DNA of 64,000 nt from Okamejei kenojei (lineage: Eukaryota). Numbering within the stretch: position 1 is the stretch's first letter; each line of letters starts with the position of its first letter. The notes below the pieces were generated by a model. It was not told the origin of the DNA, did no database searches, and saw only the letters and a program-made list of their open reading frames with translations. The stretch covers positions 76,694,001-76,758,000 of the forward strand of contig CM069135.1 in assembly GCA_035221665.1 (NCBI GenBank). Direction: 5' to 3'. Of this stretch, positions 50,201 to 63,494 are shown in pieces. The translations under genes and the position numbers were made by a program.

Positions 50201-50835
50201 AAGGGTCCCGATCCGACCTGTTCATGTTCTCCAAAGATGCTGCCTTCCCCGCTGAGTTACTTCAGCAATTTGTGTCTTTCATCGGCTTAATTGGTCATCT
50301 TATGTTAGAGTATACGTTTATTAGTGATAGGAACAGTATTAAGTCATTCAGCCCATCAAGTCTACTCTGCCATTCAATTATGGCTGATCTATCTTTCCCT
50401 CTTAATCCTACTCTCCTGCCTTCTCCACACAACCCCTGACATCCGTACTAATCAAGCATATTCTATGCACATTGTCCTGGGACCTTTTTGGTATCACATC
50501 TGCCCCTCACAATGGCGGACATTAATCATATTGTTAGGCATTAGTCAAGTCAACCCGGGTTTATTGTCATATGCTTAAATACAATCGGGTGCAGGTACAA
50601 TGAACATCTTGCATGCAGCAGCATCACAGGCACATAGATATAAATAGATAAAGGGTGGCTTTAGCTCTTGCTAGGGTTCACCTGACTTCTCATGAGTAAA
50701 ATGTTGTACATTAATTAATGGGTCAGCACCATCCTTTTGACCACTGTATCAGAGTCCAGTCCAAATTGAGGATCTTAAAACAAAATGCAATGAAGAACTG
50801 CGTACCAAAAAGCTGTTACCACATGACATGATTTT

Positions 50836-51470
50836 GTTTAGGTTAGAGCCACAGTGCAGAAACAGCCCCACTAGGAACAATTGAAATATTTTTTAAACTG
50901 AAGCCAATTAACCTACAAACCTGTCCGTATGTCTTTCGAGTGTGGGAGGAAACCGGAGCACCCAGGGAAAACCCACAAGGTCCCAGGGAGAACAAACAAA
51001 CTCTGTACAGACAGCACCCAGTCGGGATCGAACGTAATAAGGTAGCAACTCTACCGTTGCGCCACAGTGCCACTCCTGATGCAAGACAGAAACCACTCCA
51101 AAAGCATAAAATATACTTTCACATCAGATGAAGAAATAAATGTTAACTTTTAAGTTAATTAGGGGCATCACAGTGGTACAGTTACTAAAGTTGCTGCTTC
51201 ACAGCTCTAGAAACCCATGTTTGTTCCTGAATTCTGGTGCTGTCTATGTGCAGCTTGCACGTTTCCAATGTGACTGTGTGTTTTTTCCCCCAGGTGTTCC
51301 AATTTCCTCCTACATCACAGACATGCAGATTGGTAGGTTATTTGTTGTTATAAATTCCTCCTAGTGTGTAAGTTAGTAGTGAAATCTGAGGAGATTTCAA
51401 GGTGATTGGAGGAGAATAAAATGAGATGAGTGTGAAAGGTGTGCTTTATTATTGAAATGGACACAGTCAA
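50836..51470. mobile_element. Two SINEs in opposite orientation (50836-51072 minus; 51160-51470 plus, older)
   Basis: SINE A/B boxes and core on each strand. Confidence 0.7.
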
Positions 51471-51474
51471 ACGA

Positions 51475-51625
51475 GTAGGAAGGAACTGCAGATGCTGGTT
51501 TAAACTGAAGATAGACACAAAATGCTGGAGTAACTCAGCGGGACAGGCAGCATCTCTGGAGAGAAGGAATGGGTGACGTTTCGGGTCAGGTCTGAAGAAG
51601 GGTCTCGACCCGAAATGTCACCCAT
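51475..51625. mobile_element. Penelope-derived fold-back element with a hammerhead-like core (+ strand, 51589-51622)
   Basis: ggt-CTGAAGA-a-GGGTCtcGACCC-GAAAt-GTC-acc preceded by its own inverse. Confidence 0.75.
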
Positions 51626-52599
51626 GCATTTACAGATAGTATCTATCAGTGGGCTGTCGAGCCCGTTTCTGGGCTGTATGACTGTATCTATTCGATATGT
51701 CTCCTGATACTTTTCTCAGTCTACATTGTTTTGTTGCTGAAGTTTGCAGACACAAGAAGCTGCAGCTCGGTGCCTTTGAGCATATTATAGAATATTAATA
51801 TGGCTATGTGTAGCATATTAATATGGCTGTAAAAAGGAAGCTTGCAATGAAAACTGTGTGGAAAGAATATAAAAGCTCTGATTGCAGTGTGGTAACAGAA
51901 AGTGAAAGGTCCACATGGCTCATAACATTAATAGCTTTGTTTTTCAAAACAAATTGATCATGTACACTGCACTATGTATTAGTACATTATTTCTGGATCA
52001 TTACAGCTCAACCTAATAGCAGATGACAATATTATAAGTGAGACAATGTTTTGTGATGCAACATTTCGGAGCCAGCTCAAATTTTGGAAGTAATTATAGT
52101 GACATAAATAGACCTATTTCAATGATTCCTCTGGTGCAGAACAGATTTAGTAGAATGGATTCAGGGATGAGGAATTTCAATTAAAGGGTTAGACTGGAGA
52201 AGCTGGGGTTTACTACTTGAAAGCAGTGAGTTGAGATTTGATTATAGTGTCCAGGATCGTGACTGGTTTAAACAAAGTAAACAGAGTGAAGTTGTTCTCA
52301 GTAACTGATGGTTCACTGAAGATGCACAGATATAAGATCCTGGTCAGGTGATACAATTAAAGTGAAAGTTTAATTTATTTTTAAATGGCGAGTATGGTTG
52401 GATCTAACTATAGCGGAAGTTTTTCACTGTACCTCAGTATATGTGACAAAAAACGAAACTAAACTAACATTCATTCTCAGTAAGGGTAATAGAAAGGCAC
52501 TTAAAAGAGAGAAATTTGCAAGGCTAAGTGGAAAAGGTGAGGGAATTAGGCCGGGAGAAACACCTTGGTCTGAATGGCTTCATTTTAGAATTTTACATT

Positions 52600-53600
52600 G
52601 CTATAGATTCGACCCACCGAGCCTGCGCTGACCAGCGGTCACCCTGTACACTAACACTATCCTACACACTAGGGACAATTTTCAATTTAACCGAAGCCAA
52701 TTAACCTAAAAACCTGTACGTCTCTGGAGTGTGGAAGGAAACCAGGGCTCCCACGTGGTCAGAGGGAGAATGTAGAAACTCTGTACAGACAGCACGTGCA
52801 GTCAGGATCAAATCATAATCATATTTTATTAGCCAAGCATGTTTTGCGACATATGAGGAATTTGATTTGCCATATAATCATACCAATAAAAAGCAATAAA
52901 ACACACAAAACACATTTTATCATAAACATGCACCACAGAGACTCCTCCACATTCCTCACTGTGATGGGAGGTGAAACAAAGTTCTCTTCCCTTCTTTGTT
53001 CCCCTGCGATCGGAGGCCTCGAACCTTCCATTGAAGGGACGATCTTGGATCCCGTAGCCAGCGGTTGGGCCCTCTGCGTCAGGGCGATCAAGCTTCCGCA
53101 TCAGGGGGATCGCAGCTCCCCGTGCCGGGCGATCGGACCCTAGGTCAGGGCTGATCGAACCTCCTGCTGCTTTGGTGCTTCGCGACATCAGTCTCTACCC
53201 GAGACTGCGAGCTCCTCGATGGTAAAATCCGCAGGCCATGGTTGGAATGGCGATCCTAGGCAAGGGATCACAGGCTCCGATGGCAAGTCCACGGCCCGCT
53301 GTGGGGCTCACAGCCAGTCTCCAGCAAAACCTCCTGCTCCATGATATTAGGCCGCAGAGCGACCGGAGATACGATCCGGAAAACAATCGCATCTCCGGCA
53401 GGGTAAGAGATTGAAAAAATGTTTCCCCCGACCCCCTCCCCCACCCCCCACAAACCAGAGAACATTAACACAAACTTTTAAAACACACTAAAAATAACAA
53501 AAAAGACAGACAGACCGTTGGCGAGTATTTTGTATTGTAATAAACCAGGGTCTCTTGCGAAGTTAGGCAGCAGCTCTACTGCCTTGTCACTGTGCTGCCC
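52600..53600 (-). mobile_element. SINE interrupted by a GC-rich LINE-tailed retroelement (52812-53525)
   Basis: SINE ...gtcaggatcaaa | ... | aaaccagggtctct...ctctactgcc; insert has a tcataa tail and the cctcactgtgatggga box. Confidence 0.7.
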
Positions 53601-53689
53601 ACAGTATTTTGTACTGTACTCATTAAAAAATGAAATAGTAGCAAGTAACTGCCCATATAATCCTAAAACACAGTTCTAGTCATAATCAT

Positions 53690-54000
53690 AATCGTAATAT
53701 ATAAGCCAAGTATGTTTTGCAACATAGGAGGAATTTGGTTTGCCATATGGTCATACCAAAAAAGCAACAAGACACTCAACTACATAAAAGATTGACATAA
53801 ACATCCACCACAGCGGCTCCTCCACATTACGCACTGTTAAGGATGGCAATAAAGTCTTATTTTCTTTCCTTCTTTTCTCCCGCGGTCGGGGGAGTCGAAC
53901 CATCCGCAGCCGGCGATCGAGCTCCCACATCGGGGTGGTCTGAGCTCCCGCATCGGGATGGTCAAAACTCTTGCGGCTTGGAGTCTCCGAAGTCGGTCCC
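53690..54000 (-). mobile_element. 5'-truncated copy of the same GC-rich LINE-tailed family
   Basis: agccaagtatgttttgcaacatag..gaatttggtttgccat shared with 52830-52875. Confidence 0.65.
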
Positions 54001-57000
54001 TAAACCCGCACAGGTCACGGGGAGAAGGTACAAACGTGGTACAGACAGCACCAATAGTCAGGATCGTGCCTGGGTCTCTGGCACTGTAAGGCAGGTGTGT
54101 TGCAGGAACAATTAAAATTGGTACTAATTTCTGCATTTCTTTGAAAAGGACTGAGGTCCACACCAAAGGCATTCAAATTAAATTTGGAATCTGACTTTAA
54201 TATAAAAAGAGGAAAAAATCTTTTGAAGAATGAATGTGAGATAACAGGTTGATTCCATTCCTGAAACTGTCAAATGCAAGACATTCCTTAATTGTGGTTG
54301 AAGGATGTTAGTTGTGAGGGTACTGTATTTGCTGCAGTAGACAATTGATCCATTACTGCATTTTCTGTACTTTTTAAAAATTGGGATTGTGTAGAAGTAA
54401 TCTGTGATATCACAATGATCACCAACAGGAAGAAAGAAAGTGTTTTCCTTATACCACTCGCTTGGATATATCACATCTTTAATTAACCACAGCATTTGCT
54501 TTGTTAACAATTTAGAATTGATGTAAGGGCAACATTTATCACAAGTACATTCAACATACTTATATCTCCATTTATATGTGTACGTAAAAAAGGGTCTTGA
54601 CCTGAAACATCACCCATTCCTTCTCTCCAGAGATTCTGCCTGTCCCGCTGAGTTACTGCAGCTTTTTGTGTCTATCTTCTAAGTTGCACACCATTGCAAA
54701 CATAATACCATGTATTCATCCATCATGACCTGAAATGCCCTGCCCAACAATAGTTCATCAACAGGACACCAGCAGTCCAAGAAGGTAGTTCACCTCCAAC
54801 TTTTCAAGGACTGTTAGCAATGGGTAATAAATTCTGACCTTTCAGTTAGGTTTTATGAAAGATTGGAGAATTGTTCTTATATTAATTTGCCACAACTGCT
54901 GATTTACTGAGTCTCAATTGTTACTGAGCCACAACATTCCTTTATAAATGTCATCTTCTGAATTAAACAGAACCAAAACAATATTTGAATTGTTCTGCCA
55001 TTTTTTCCCCTCATTTCTTTCAAGCATCATATTACACATATTCATTGATACAGATGAAGTTTCATAGTGCTGAGGTAGACCACAGCATTGATTGACATCC
55101 TGAATAAGAATACAATATAAAAAATTTCAATATGCTGGAGAGATCCACATCCGCAATTTATCTTCCATTTCAGTATTATCGAACGCTTAAGTGCATGTTG
55201 TCTGAGCCTTGAGTTTGCTTCTGGGATTTGCAGCAGCTATTGGGTTGCAAAAGCAATCAGTTTACAGCCAAGCTGGTACAATTTTGACCTCTGCAAGAAG
55301 AGTGTGTTGCGTCAATATTTCATCGTCAAGGAATATTGCCTTTTACAGTATTGTCCGTTCTTACCAAAAGTCTCACTAATTCTTGGGGTATTAATAAACA
55401 TCCTGGGCCATTTGTAATGAAAAATGTCTCAGGAGCCTACTTGGTGTTCAGCTGGGCTATCTTCTCAGTAGTTTGCAGATTTTTGCACTTCCTGTTAAGA
55501 ATTAAAGAGCATTTATCACAAAGATATTTGGACAGTTGATGACATGTTGGACCAAAACGAGATGAATACTCTCTGTGATTAAAACTCTGTAATTTTTCCA
55601 CATTTCCCCATCTGTTTTCCAATATATTTTTGCTTGGCAATGACCGTCACCACCACCATTCATAACAGAACTTATTTTTATACCACCAACAAAGGAGCGT
55701 ACCCCAGGATATGTTGAGGAGAGTTACTAAAGCTGACTCCTGCGGAAATATTCAGGCAGGAGACTTTTAACAGAATTAAAAATGGAAGAAGAAGGTGAAT
55801 CAGTAAAATAAATCTATTATTTTTCCGTTTGATAGCATGTGTGATATGAGGATACATTTATTTGATGTAGATGTTGTCTGCTAAGCCCTCTTTTATAGAC
55901 CACCCTATGTATACATGTGTATTAAAAACTTAAGATAGAACAATCATTTTTATACCAGGATATTGCTTTAAATATTCCTACGGACTCAGTACTCAGCTCG
56001 AACATCTTGATCTTCTTGCTATCATCATTATAAGTGGGGATATTTGCTGATGATTCTGCCATATTCAAATCCATTCCCAACTCCTAAGTAAATGAAGCAG
56101 TCTGTGGCTGCATGGAAAATATCCAGGGCAACATTCAGGCTCATGCTGATAAGTAGCAGGTAACATTTGTGCTGCACAAGTGCCAGGCAATGCCGGTCTC
56201 CGACAAGGGAAATCTAGCTAGGTCCATTTTGACATTGTCCCTGAATTTCTCCAATATAAATGCTCCTGGGTTTATTTGTGACTGGAATGGACCACTAGCA
56301 TAAATACCACAGCTACAAGTGTCTTTCAGAGGCTGGATATACTCCAACTATCATTTCATGTCCAGGCTCTCCATAGCCTTTCCACCATCTCTGTGACACA
56401 TCAGGAGAGTTACAGAATATTTACAATTGCAGTTGGAGCAAACGCCCTGGACAAATAGTCCCCTTTATAAACACCCCTTTCTCCCTTTCACTATCAGTGC
56501 ACTGTGCACTGCAGTGGGTACTGTTAAAAGATGCACTGGAGAAACTTTCCATTACTTCTTTTAACAGCACTTCCTACATCCAGATCTCCACCTGCAAAGA
56601 GGATGAGTGATGGGTACATGGGAAGTGGTCCTGCATTTTTGCCTCTCCAAGTTGTGCACAGTTGGAATTACATTAGCATACTTATTTTGGCAAAAGTCCA
56701 AGAACAATGTACTTGGCAGCTTAATGGAAGAATCTTCATAATCACTACAAGTAGGAGGTTTACAGTTTGAAATCTTGTTTTATGGGAAATAATGAACAAA
56801 ATGTCCTGCTGGCGCTAGGGCAGGTTAACAGAACACGAGGGCTTTGGCAATGAAGGGTTTTGGAGGAAATATTTCTTTATGTAGGGGATAATGAAATGTT
56901 GCTGCAGTTGACAGGAAGGGTAACTGGAGCTGGAACAGTGCTTCCTTTTAGGAATATCTCACAGTGGCAAGAGGAACTGGTACCTGGAAATGAGTAAATG

Positions 57001-57849
57001 GGCTGCAGGAGCTTTCATCATAGACTCTGGAAGTTCATTGTGACATACAGGTGTTGCATCTGTTTATATCGCATTGATGCAAGCATTTGAAAGGCTTTTC
57101 CAGTTTATTTCCTAATGTTAATGGTAATCTTAATAATGTTTAGTGGGTGGTATTTGATTAGTATAATATTCATAAACAAACTGTCCTCCTGTCCCTTTGA
57201 TGCTGTTATTTGTGTAAAAGTTTATGTCACGGCCATCTCTTGGCTTTATTCGCAACCGTGTTAACCAGCTTACATAATGTTTGCCTGTTTTGTGGACAAA
57301 TGGTGGCTCCAACCTTTACCACCCAAAAATAAAAATATACTTGCTCAATTTCTAATCCAATGTTTCTTGAAGATTACATCAACAGCCATGTTTCACAGTC
57401 TGACTTTCAAAAAAATCATTGTCAGAGACTTGCATTCAATGTACAGTAAAATGAGCTAATCAATTTAGACATCCTAATGGTTGATCCTGTAATCCATGAC
57501 CTTCATCCCTTCCCCAAACTTCCTGTACTCCCTTTAAGCTCTGTTTTCTTTCCTGCTCACTCTGAGAAACATCTAAAATAATGTGCAGTAAAAGTGTGTT
57601 CGGGTGTAAGTAGGTGTCAATTACAGTATTCCAGAAAATCTGCCAATCCCAAGAGTACCAGTTTATTGGAGTTGGCATGTTATAAAATAAATATGTTTTA
57701 AAATATTGATTTATTTGAAAACAAAATAGCTACCGGTAAATAGATAGCTTACTCTTAAAGGTACATATATTTTACATTGAAAATAAACAAACTTAGAAGC
57801 CTTATTTTTTTTGTTGTATTACCTCCCTGGTGGAATAAAACTGGGTGAA

Positions 57850-58132
57850 AAAATGGTCTTACCTTCCACTACCTGCAACCTCTGGCAACCACCTTCAACT
57901 AGCATCGCAACCGGCTTAGACTAAAACATTACTGATTTTTAAAATGGCAACCTATTTTTAGTCGCGGCCGGTTTTGAATTTTTTGAAATAATCGCCGGAA
58001 CATGGAAGAAGCGGAAACCACTTTCGGCCATTAGGGAGACTGACAAAAACCTCAGGGAACCGCACGGAAATCTTGGGTGGGACGCTGTCTCCAGAGATTT
58101 CCTTTCAGGTTTCCTAAGTGGGACAGGGGCAT
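57850..58132. mobile_element. MITE right-end fragment (same TIR class as the 43709 and 46485 copies)
   Basis: Ends cctaagtgggacaggggcat|ta. Confidence 0.6.
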
Positions 58133-59049
58133 TAGGCAGCAAATCCACTGCTTTGCCAGCCTACTGCCCCATTTGCCACATGAAATTGTTCTAATTCTAT
58201 TACAGCTTTTCCATTTCAGATTGTGTGAGGTGGAATGGAATAGATTACATTTTATTTTATTCTGCTGACCCGGCAGACCTCCAAAGGCATTTTTGTTGGA
58301 TTTTGGACTGTACCATAAGACCTAAAGATATTTATTTAAGCAAACATTAATAATCTAAATAAAGTTTGGCAATATTTTAGTGAGCCCTGTCATTATCACA
58401 TCACTTTGCTGGGAATATTTTATTCTCTAAAATTATAGGGACATGCATTGCCCTTTATGCAATTGATTAGTTTTTGTTTAGTTTATTGTCATGTGTACTG
58501 AGATACAGTGAAATGCTTTTGTTACGTGCTAACTAAGTGATTAACTGATTAAAGTAGGTGGTAGGGATTCAGTGGAAATTAAAATGTTTAATTTATTGTC
58601 CAGCATTTCTTTCAGGGCTTCAAAAGTAAATAAAAGATTGGGTCGCGAATTGAAATGTACAGAAATTCTGCTTTGTTTGATAGACAGATGAATATGCATT
58701 GTTGCCATATTTTTTAACTAATCATAGATTGCTGCCATTATCTATTATCTGTTGATAAAATAAGCAAAAAAAATCATTACTTTCAGACTATTAGAACAAA
58801 TTCAAATTTTTTTCAAATATGATCCTTGAGATGAAGTATGCAGTGTAGTGGATATTGGTTGAAACATTTTCCTACTAACCTTGCACAGCACGTGAGTGTG
58901 TGATATCCATTACAATTATATTGAATGGCAGCTTGGGTTCTTGCTTTCCGCTTATCTATGCTGAAAATAAAGTATCGTTGTCCTGTAATGGAGCATGGAA
59001 TGCAGGAATCAGCAAGACATCATTACCCATTTAATTCCACACCTTCTTA

Positions 59050-60673
59050 CAGTGGCTTGCAAAAGTATTCATACCCCTTGAACTTTTCCACATTTTGTCA
59101 CGTTACAACCACAAACGTAAATGTATTTTATTGGGATTTTATGTGATAGACCAACACATAGTGGTGCATAATTATGAAGTTGAAGGAAAATGATACATGG
59201 TTTCCAAATTTTATTACAAATAAAAAACTGAAAAGTGTGGCATGCAAAAGTATTCAGCCCCCTTTACTCTGATACCCCTAAATAAAATCCAGTGTTACCA
59301 ATTGCCTTCAGAAGTCACCTAACTAGTAAATAGAGTCCACTTGTGTGTAATCTAATCTCAGTATAAATACAGCTGTTCTGTGAAGGCCTCAGAGGTTTGT
59401 TAGAGAACATTAGTGAACAAACAATGTTCCTTCGGCATCATGAAGCACAAGGAACACACCAGACAGGTCAGGGATAAAGTTGTGGAGAAGTTTAAAGCAG
59501 GTTAGGTTATAAAAAAATCCCAAGCTTTAAACATCTCACGGAGCACTGTTCAATCCATCATCTGAAAATGGAAAGAGTATGGCACAACTGCAAACCTACC
59601 AAGACATGGCTGTCCACCTAAACTGGCAGGCTGGGCAAGGAGAGCATAGATCAGAGAAGCAGCCAAGAGGCCCATGGTAACACTGGAGGAGCTGCAGAGA
59701 TCCACAGCTCTGGTGGGAGAACCTGTCCACAGGACAACTTTTAGTTGTGCATTCCACAAATCGGGCCTTTATGGAAGAGTGGCAAGAAGAAAGCTATTGT
59801 TGAAACAAAGCCATAAGAAGTGCCGTTTGCAGTTTGCCACAAGCCATGTGGGGGACACAGCAAACATGTGGAGGAAGGTGCTCTGGTCTGATGAGCCCAA
59901 AATTGAAGTTTTTGGGCTAAATGCAAAACGCTATTTGTGGCGGAAAACTAACACTGCACATCACCCTGAACACTCCATCCTCACTGTGAAACATGGTGGT
60001 GGCAGCATCATGCTGTGGGGATGCTTTTCTTCAGCAGGGACAGGGACGCTGGTCAGAGTTGATGGGAAGATGGATGGAGCCAAATACAGGGCAATCGTGG
60101 AAGAAAACCTGTTAGAGTCTGCAAAAGACTTGAGACTGGGCGGAGGTTCACCTTCCAGCAGGACAACGGCCCTAAACATACAGCCAGAGCTACAATGGAA
60201 TGGTTTAGATCAAAGCATATTCATGTGTTAGAATGGCCCAGTCAAAGTCCAGACCTAAATCCAATTGAGAATCTCTGGCAAGACTTGAAAATTGCTGTTC
60301 ACAGATGCTCTCCATCCAATCTGACTGAGCTTGAGCTATTTTGCAAAGACGAATGGGCGAAAATTTCAGTCTCTAGATGTGCAAAGCTGGTAGAGACAGA
60401 CCCCAAAAGACTTGCAGCTGTAATTGCAGCGGAAGGTGGTTCTTCAAAATATTGACTCAGGGGGGCTGAATACTTTTGCACGCCGCACTTTTCAGTTTTT
60501 TATTTGTAATAAAATTTGGAAACCATGTATCATTTTCCTTCCACTTCACAATTACGCACCACTTTGTGTTGGTCTATCACATAAAATCCCAATAAAATAC
60601 ATTTACGTTTGTGGTTGTAACGTGACGAAATGTGGAAAAGTTCAAGGGGTATGAATACTTTTGCAAGCCACTG
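59050..60673 (+). mobile_element. Full-length Tc1 (IR/DR-type) DNA transposon
   Basis: TA TSD on both sides; ~210-nt TIRs starting cagtggcttgcaaaagtattcatacccc; internal direct repeat gcaaaagtattca. Confidence 0.97.
59440..60455 (+). pseudogene. Tc1 DD34E transposase, frameshifted
   Basis: MKHKEHTRQVRDKVVEKF, VLWSDE, TVKHGGGSIMLWGCF, QQDN-x34-E (WPSQSPDLNPIE); several frameshifts and stops. Confidence 0.93.
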
Positions 60674-61079
60674 TAAATGTGAATTTTCTTTTAATTTTCT
60701 AGTTTCATGGAGCAGCTATATATTTGTCATGTCTGCAATCTTTTGTTGTCAATTCCTATGAGGAAGTCTCAGAGAGTCAGAGAGCCATACAGGAAGGAAA
60801 CAGGAGGCCCTTCGACCTGACTTGCCCATGTCGACCACATTGCCCCATCTACACTTCTCACCTGCCTGTGTCTCATCCAAATGCATGGTCATTTCAACTG
60901 ATGAAAGTATACACTTATTAAAATATCTAGTCTGTATTTTACCCACGATAAACCAGACCTGCTTGGAATCACTTCTTGTAACTCCCCAAGTGTCTGTGAA
61001 CACTTGTACTAACACTATATCCTTTGATATTACTAACAATGTATTAGTTGCAGGCTTGAATGTACTCCGAGTAAATGTC

Positions 61080-61930
61080 CAGAGGTCCCTTGGTAAATAA
61101 TTCCAAGACGTTAACCATCCTTTAGGTGAATAAATATCTTCTCATTTCTGTCCTAAATAGTCAACTACTTCTGTCTAAAACTGTGATCTCTGGCTCTTAA
61201 GCCCAATGCGATCGCCTCTCCTACAAAGTCAAAAGTACCTGCTAACTTTCCTTCTGTAACATTTCTGCCAGTGCACGAATAATTTGGCCATATTTCACTG
61301 CATTCCCTCAATGATAAGTATGTTCCTTCCTGGATATTGAGGCTCATCTGGTAAACAGGTATTTTAATACTCAACAGTATTCAAATACATTATGTAGTTA
61401 GCGCAAAGCATCTATAATTTGTATTCAAATCCACTTGCCACTTAGCTAACTTCCAGTGATTCCTGTAGAAGGATCCCAGGTGTCTCTGAACATCAGCACC
61501 TTTCAAATTGGCACCTTTTCACTAATATTTTGGCTTTTGTCTATCAAATGGGATGACCTCACATTTTTCCATTTTATATCCTAACTTCCATGTCCTTGCC
61601 CAAGCTCTTAACCTGTCTGTATCTCCTGGCATCTCTCTGTGGTCTCCGCATAACTTGCATGCCATCCTGCATTTCATCAACTGCCGATTTGGATAAGTTA
61701 CACTTGATCCCCTTACCCACATCATTGATGTAGTTTGTAAACAACTATGGTCCCAGCACAAATCCCAGTTCCAGCCTGCCAACCCAAAACCAAACTGTTG
61801 GTTTTTTGTCTGTTAGCCAATGCTAATCCATGTCAGTATAGTCTGCTCTGATTTTTGTTTCGTAGTCTTGCTTTGCATCTTACCCAAACCATTTAGTAAG
61901 TCCAAGTGCACCATATTGACTGGTTCATCT
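61080..61930 (-). mobile_element. Old CR1 RT fragment
   Basis: DRLRAWARTWKLGYKMEKCEVIPF in a minus-strand ORF. Confidence 0.7.
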
Positions 61931-62346
61931 TTTTATTATCTGTTTGTTAATGGATTTGTTGAAACATTATTTCCCTTTTTTGAATTTATGATTTGGTCTG
62001 CCAAACTCCATTACCCTGTTATCACTTTAATAACAAATCCAAATAATTTTCCTACAATTTACAAATCTGAATAAGATGCTTCTATCCCTATGTGTATCAT
62101 GTGTATGTCGTCAATATATTCAATATGTCAAAAATACATCAAAGAATATTTTTTTCTTTCATCCCATGAGTGGTGATCTTTTGTACCCCTCACCCCCTCA
62201 CCCCCTCCAATCCATTGAAGTAAGTGGTATGAAAATCAATCGACTATGCCAGACCACCACATTAGTTAAGACAACATTTGCTCCATGTTAAGGTATGTTA
62301 ACAGACACGAATCTCTAATTACACAGCAAGTAAACATAGAACATAT

Positions 62347-62656
62347 GGCAGCTCAGTGGCGTGGTGGTAGAGCCTTAGAGCAGTAAGGTATACAGCTTTA
62401 CAGCTCCAGAGACCCATGTTCGATCCTGACTACGGGTGCTTGTCTGTACGGAGTTTGTACATTCTCCCTGTAACCTGCGTGGGTTTTCTCCGAGATCTTC
62501 GGTTTCTCCCACACTTCTAAGACATACAGCTTAATTGGTTAATTGGCTTGGTATATGTGTAAATTGTCCCCAGTGTGTCTAGGATAATGTAAATGTGCGG
62601 ACTTGGTTGGCCAAAGGGCCTGTTTCCGCGCTATGTTTCTAAACTAAACTAAACTA
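62347..62656 (+). mobile_element. tRNA-derived SINE
   Basis: gttcgatcctgactacgggtgc...(taaac)n tail. Confidence 0.8.
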
Positions 62657-62776
62657 AGAAACTAGCAATTATGATTAAACAGTGCAACTTAAAGTGCGCG
62701 ATAATATGAAATCTTGGACACATTTAAACAAGCATGATATACCTTGGAAAATTGAAGTGGTTGTCCCAACTATATG

Positions 62777-62883
62777 GGGGTACACAAAAAGCTGGAGAAA
62801 CTCAGCGGGTGCAGCAGCATCTAAGGAGCGAAGGAGATAGGCGACGTTTCGGGTCGAGATCCTTCTTCAGACTTCTTCATATA
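62777..62883 (-). mobile_element. Penelope-derived mini-insertion (second subfamily) with hammerhead core and 14-nt TSD
   Basis: gtcccaactatatg (62763-62776) / gtcccatctatatg (62884-62897); minus strand CTGAAGAaggatctcgacccGAAACGTC. Confidence 0.75.
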
Positions 62884-63494
62884 GTCCCATCTATATGAGT
62901 GAGTTTGTTGCTATAACAAGGCACACGCGAGTTGATGGTGGGCGGTTCTGCCAACAGGCTGAGACAGTTTGAAATGGACTGCTCCATTTCTTCAAAATAT
63001 GCATTAGCATGATTCCCTAAGCCTCAGCATTATCCATTACCATCATGCAATTAGACCCCTTTAATCCCAAGTACTTCATGAGCTTTCCTTATTGTTTGTT
63101 TTCAAACATGTTCTACAGTGGTTTTTATAATTTATTTCCCAAACTATACTATATACGTAGTCGCAAAAGATTTTTCTGACAATAGCATGTTAACAGATAA
63201 GCTAAATACAATTGTGACATTGAAACAGAAGGTCTCTCGAATACCTTTTGTTTTTATAGTAATAAAGCATCTATTTTTATAATTGTCTATTTTCAGAAGT
63301 ACTCCTCTGTTATTGACGTATGATGGTAGCCCATGTAGGAAATAATAACAGGATGCCAAACCCTTTCCTAGCTGTGTGCTCCTAGATCGTAAACAGTTAC
63401 CTCCCTCTATCCCTGATCAATGGGCAACCAAGCACGCCAAACAATCAGAAACAGCTTTTTGCGCAAAGGTTTAGTAATCGTAACATAAATATAT

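Noticed and set aside
8135-62656. tRNA genes suggested by A/B boxes
   Set aside because: All continue into SINE core and tail sequence; no complete cloverleaf seen.
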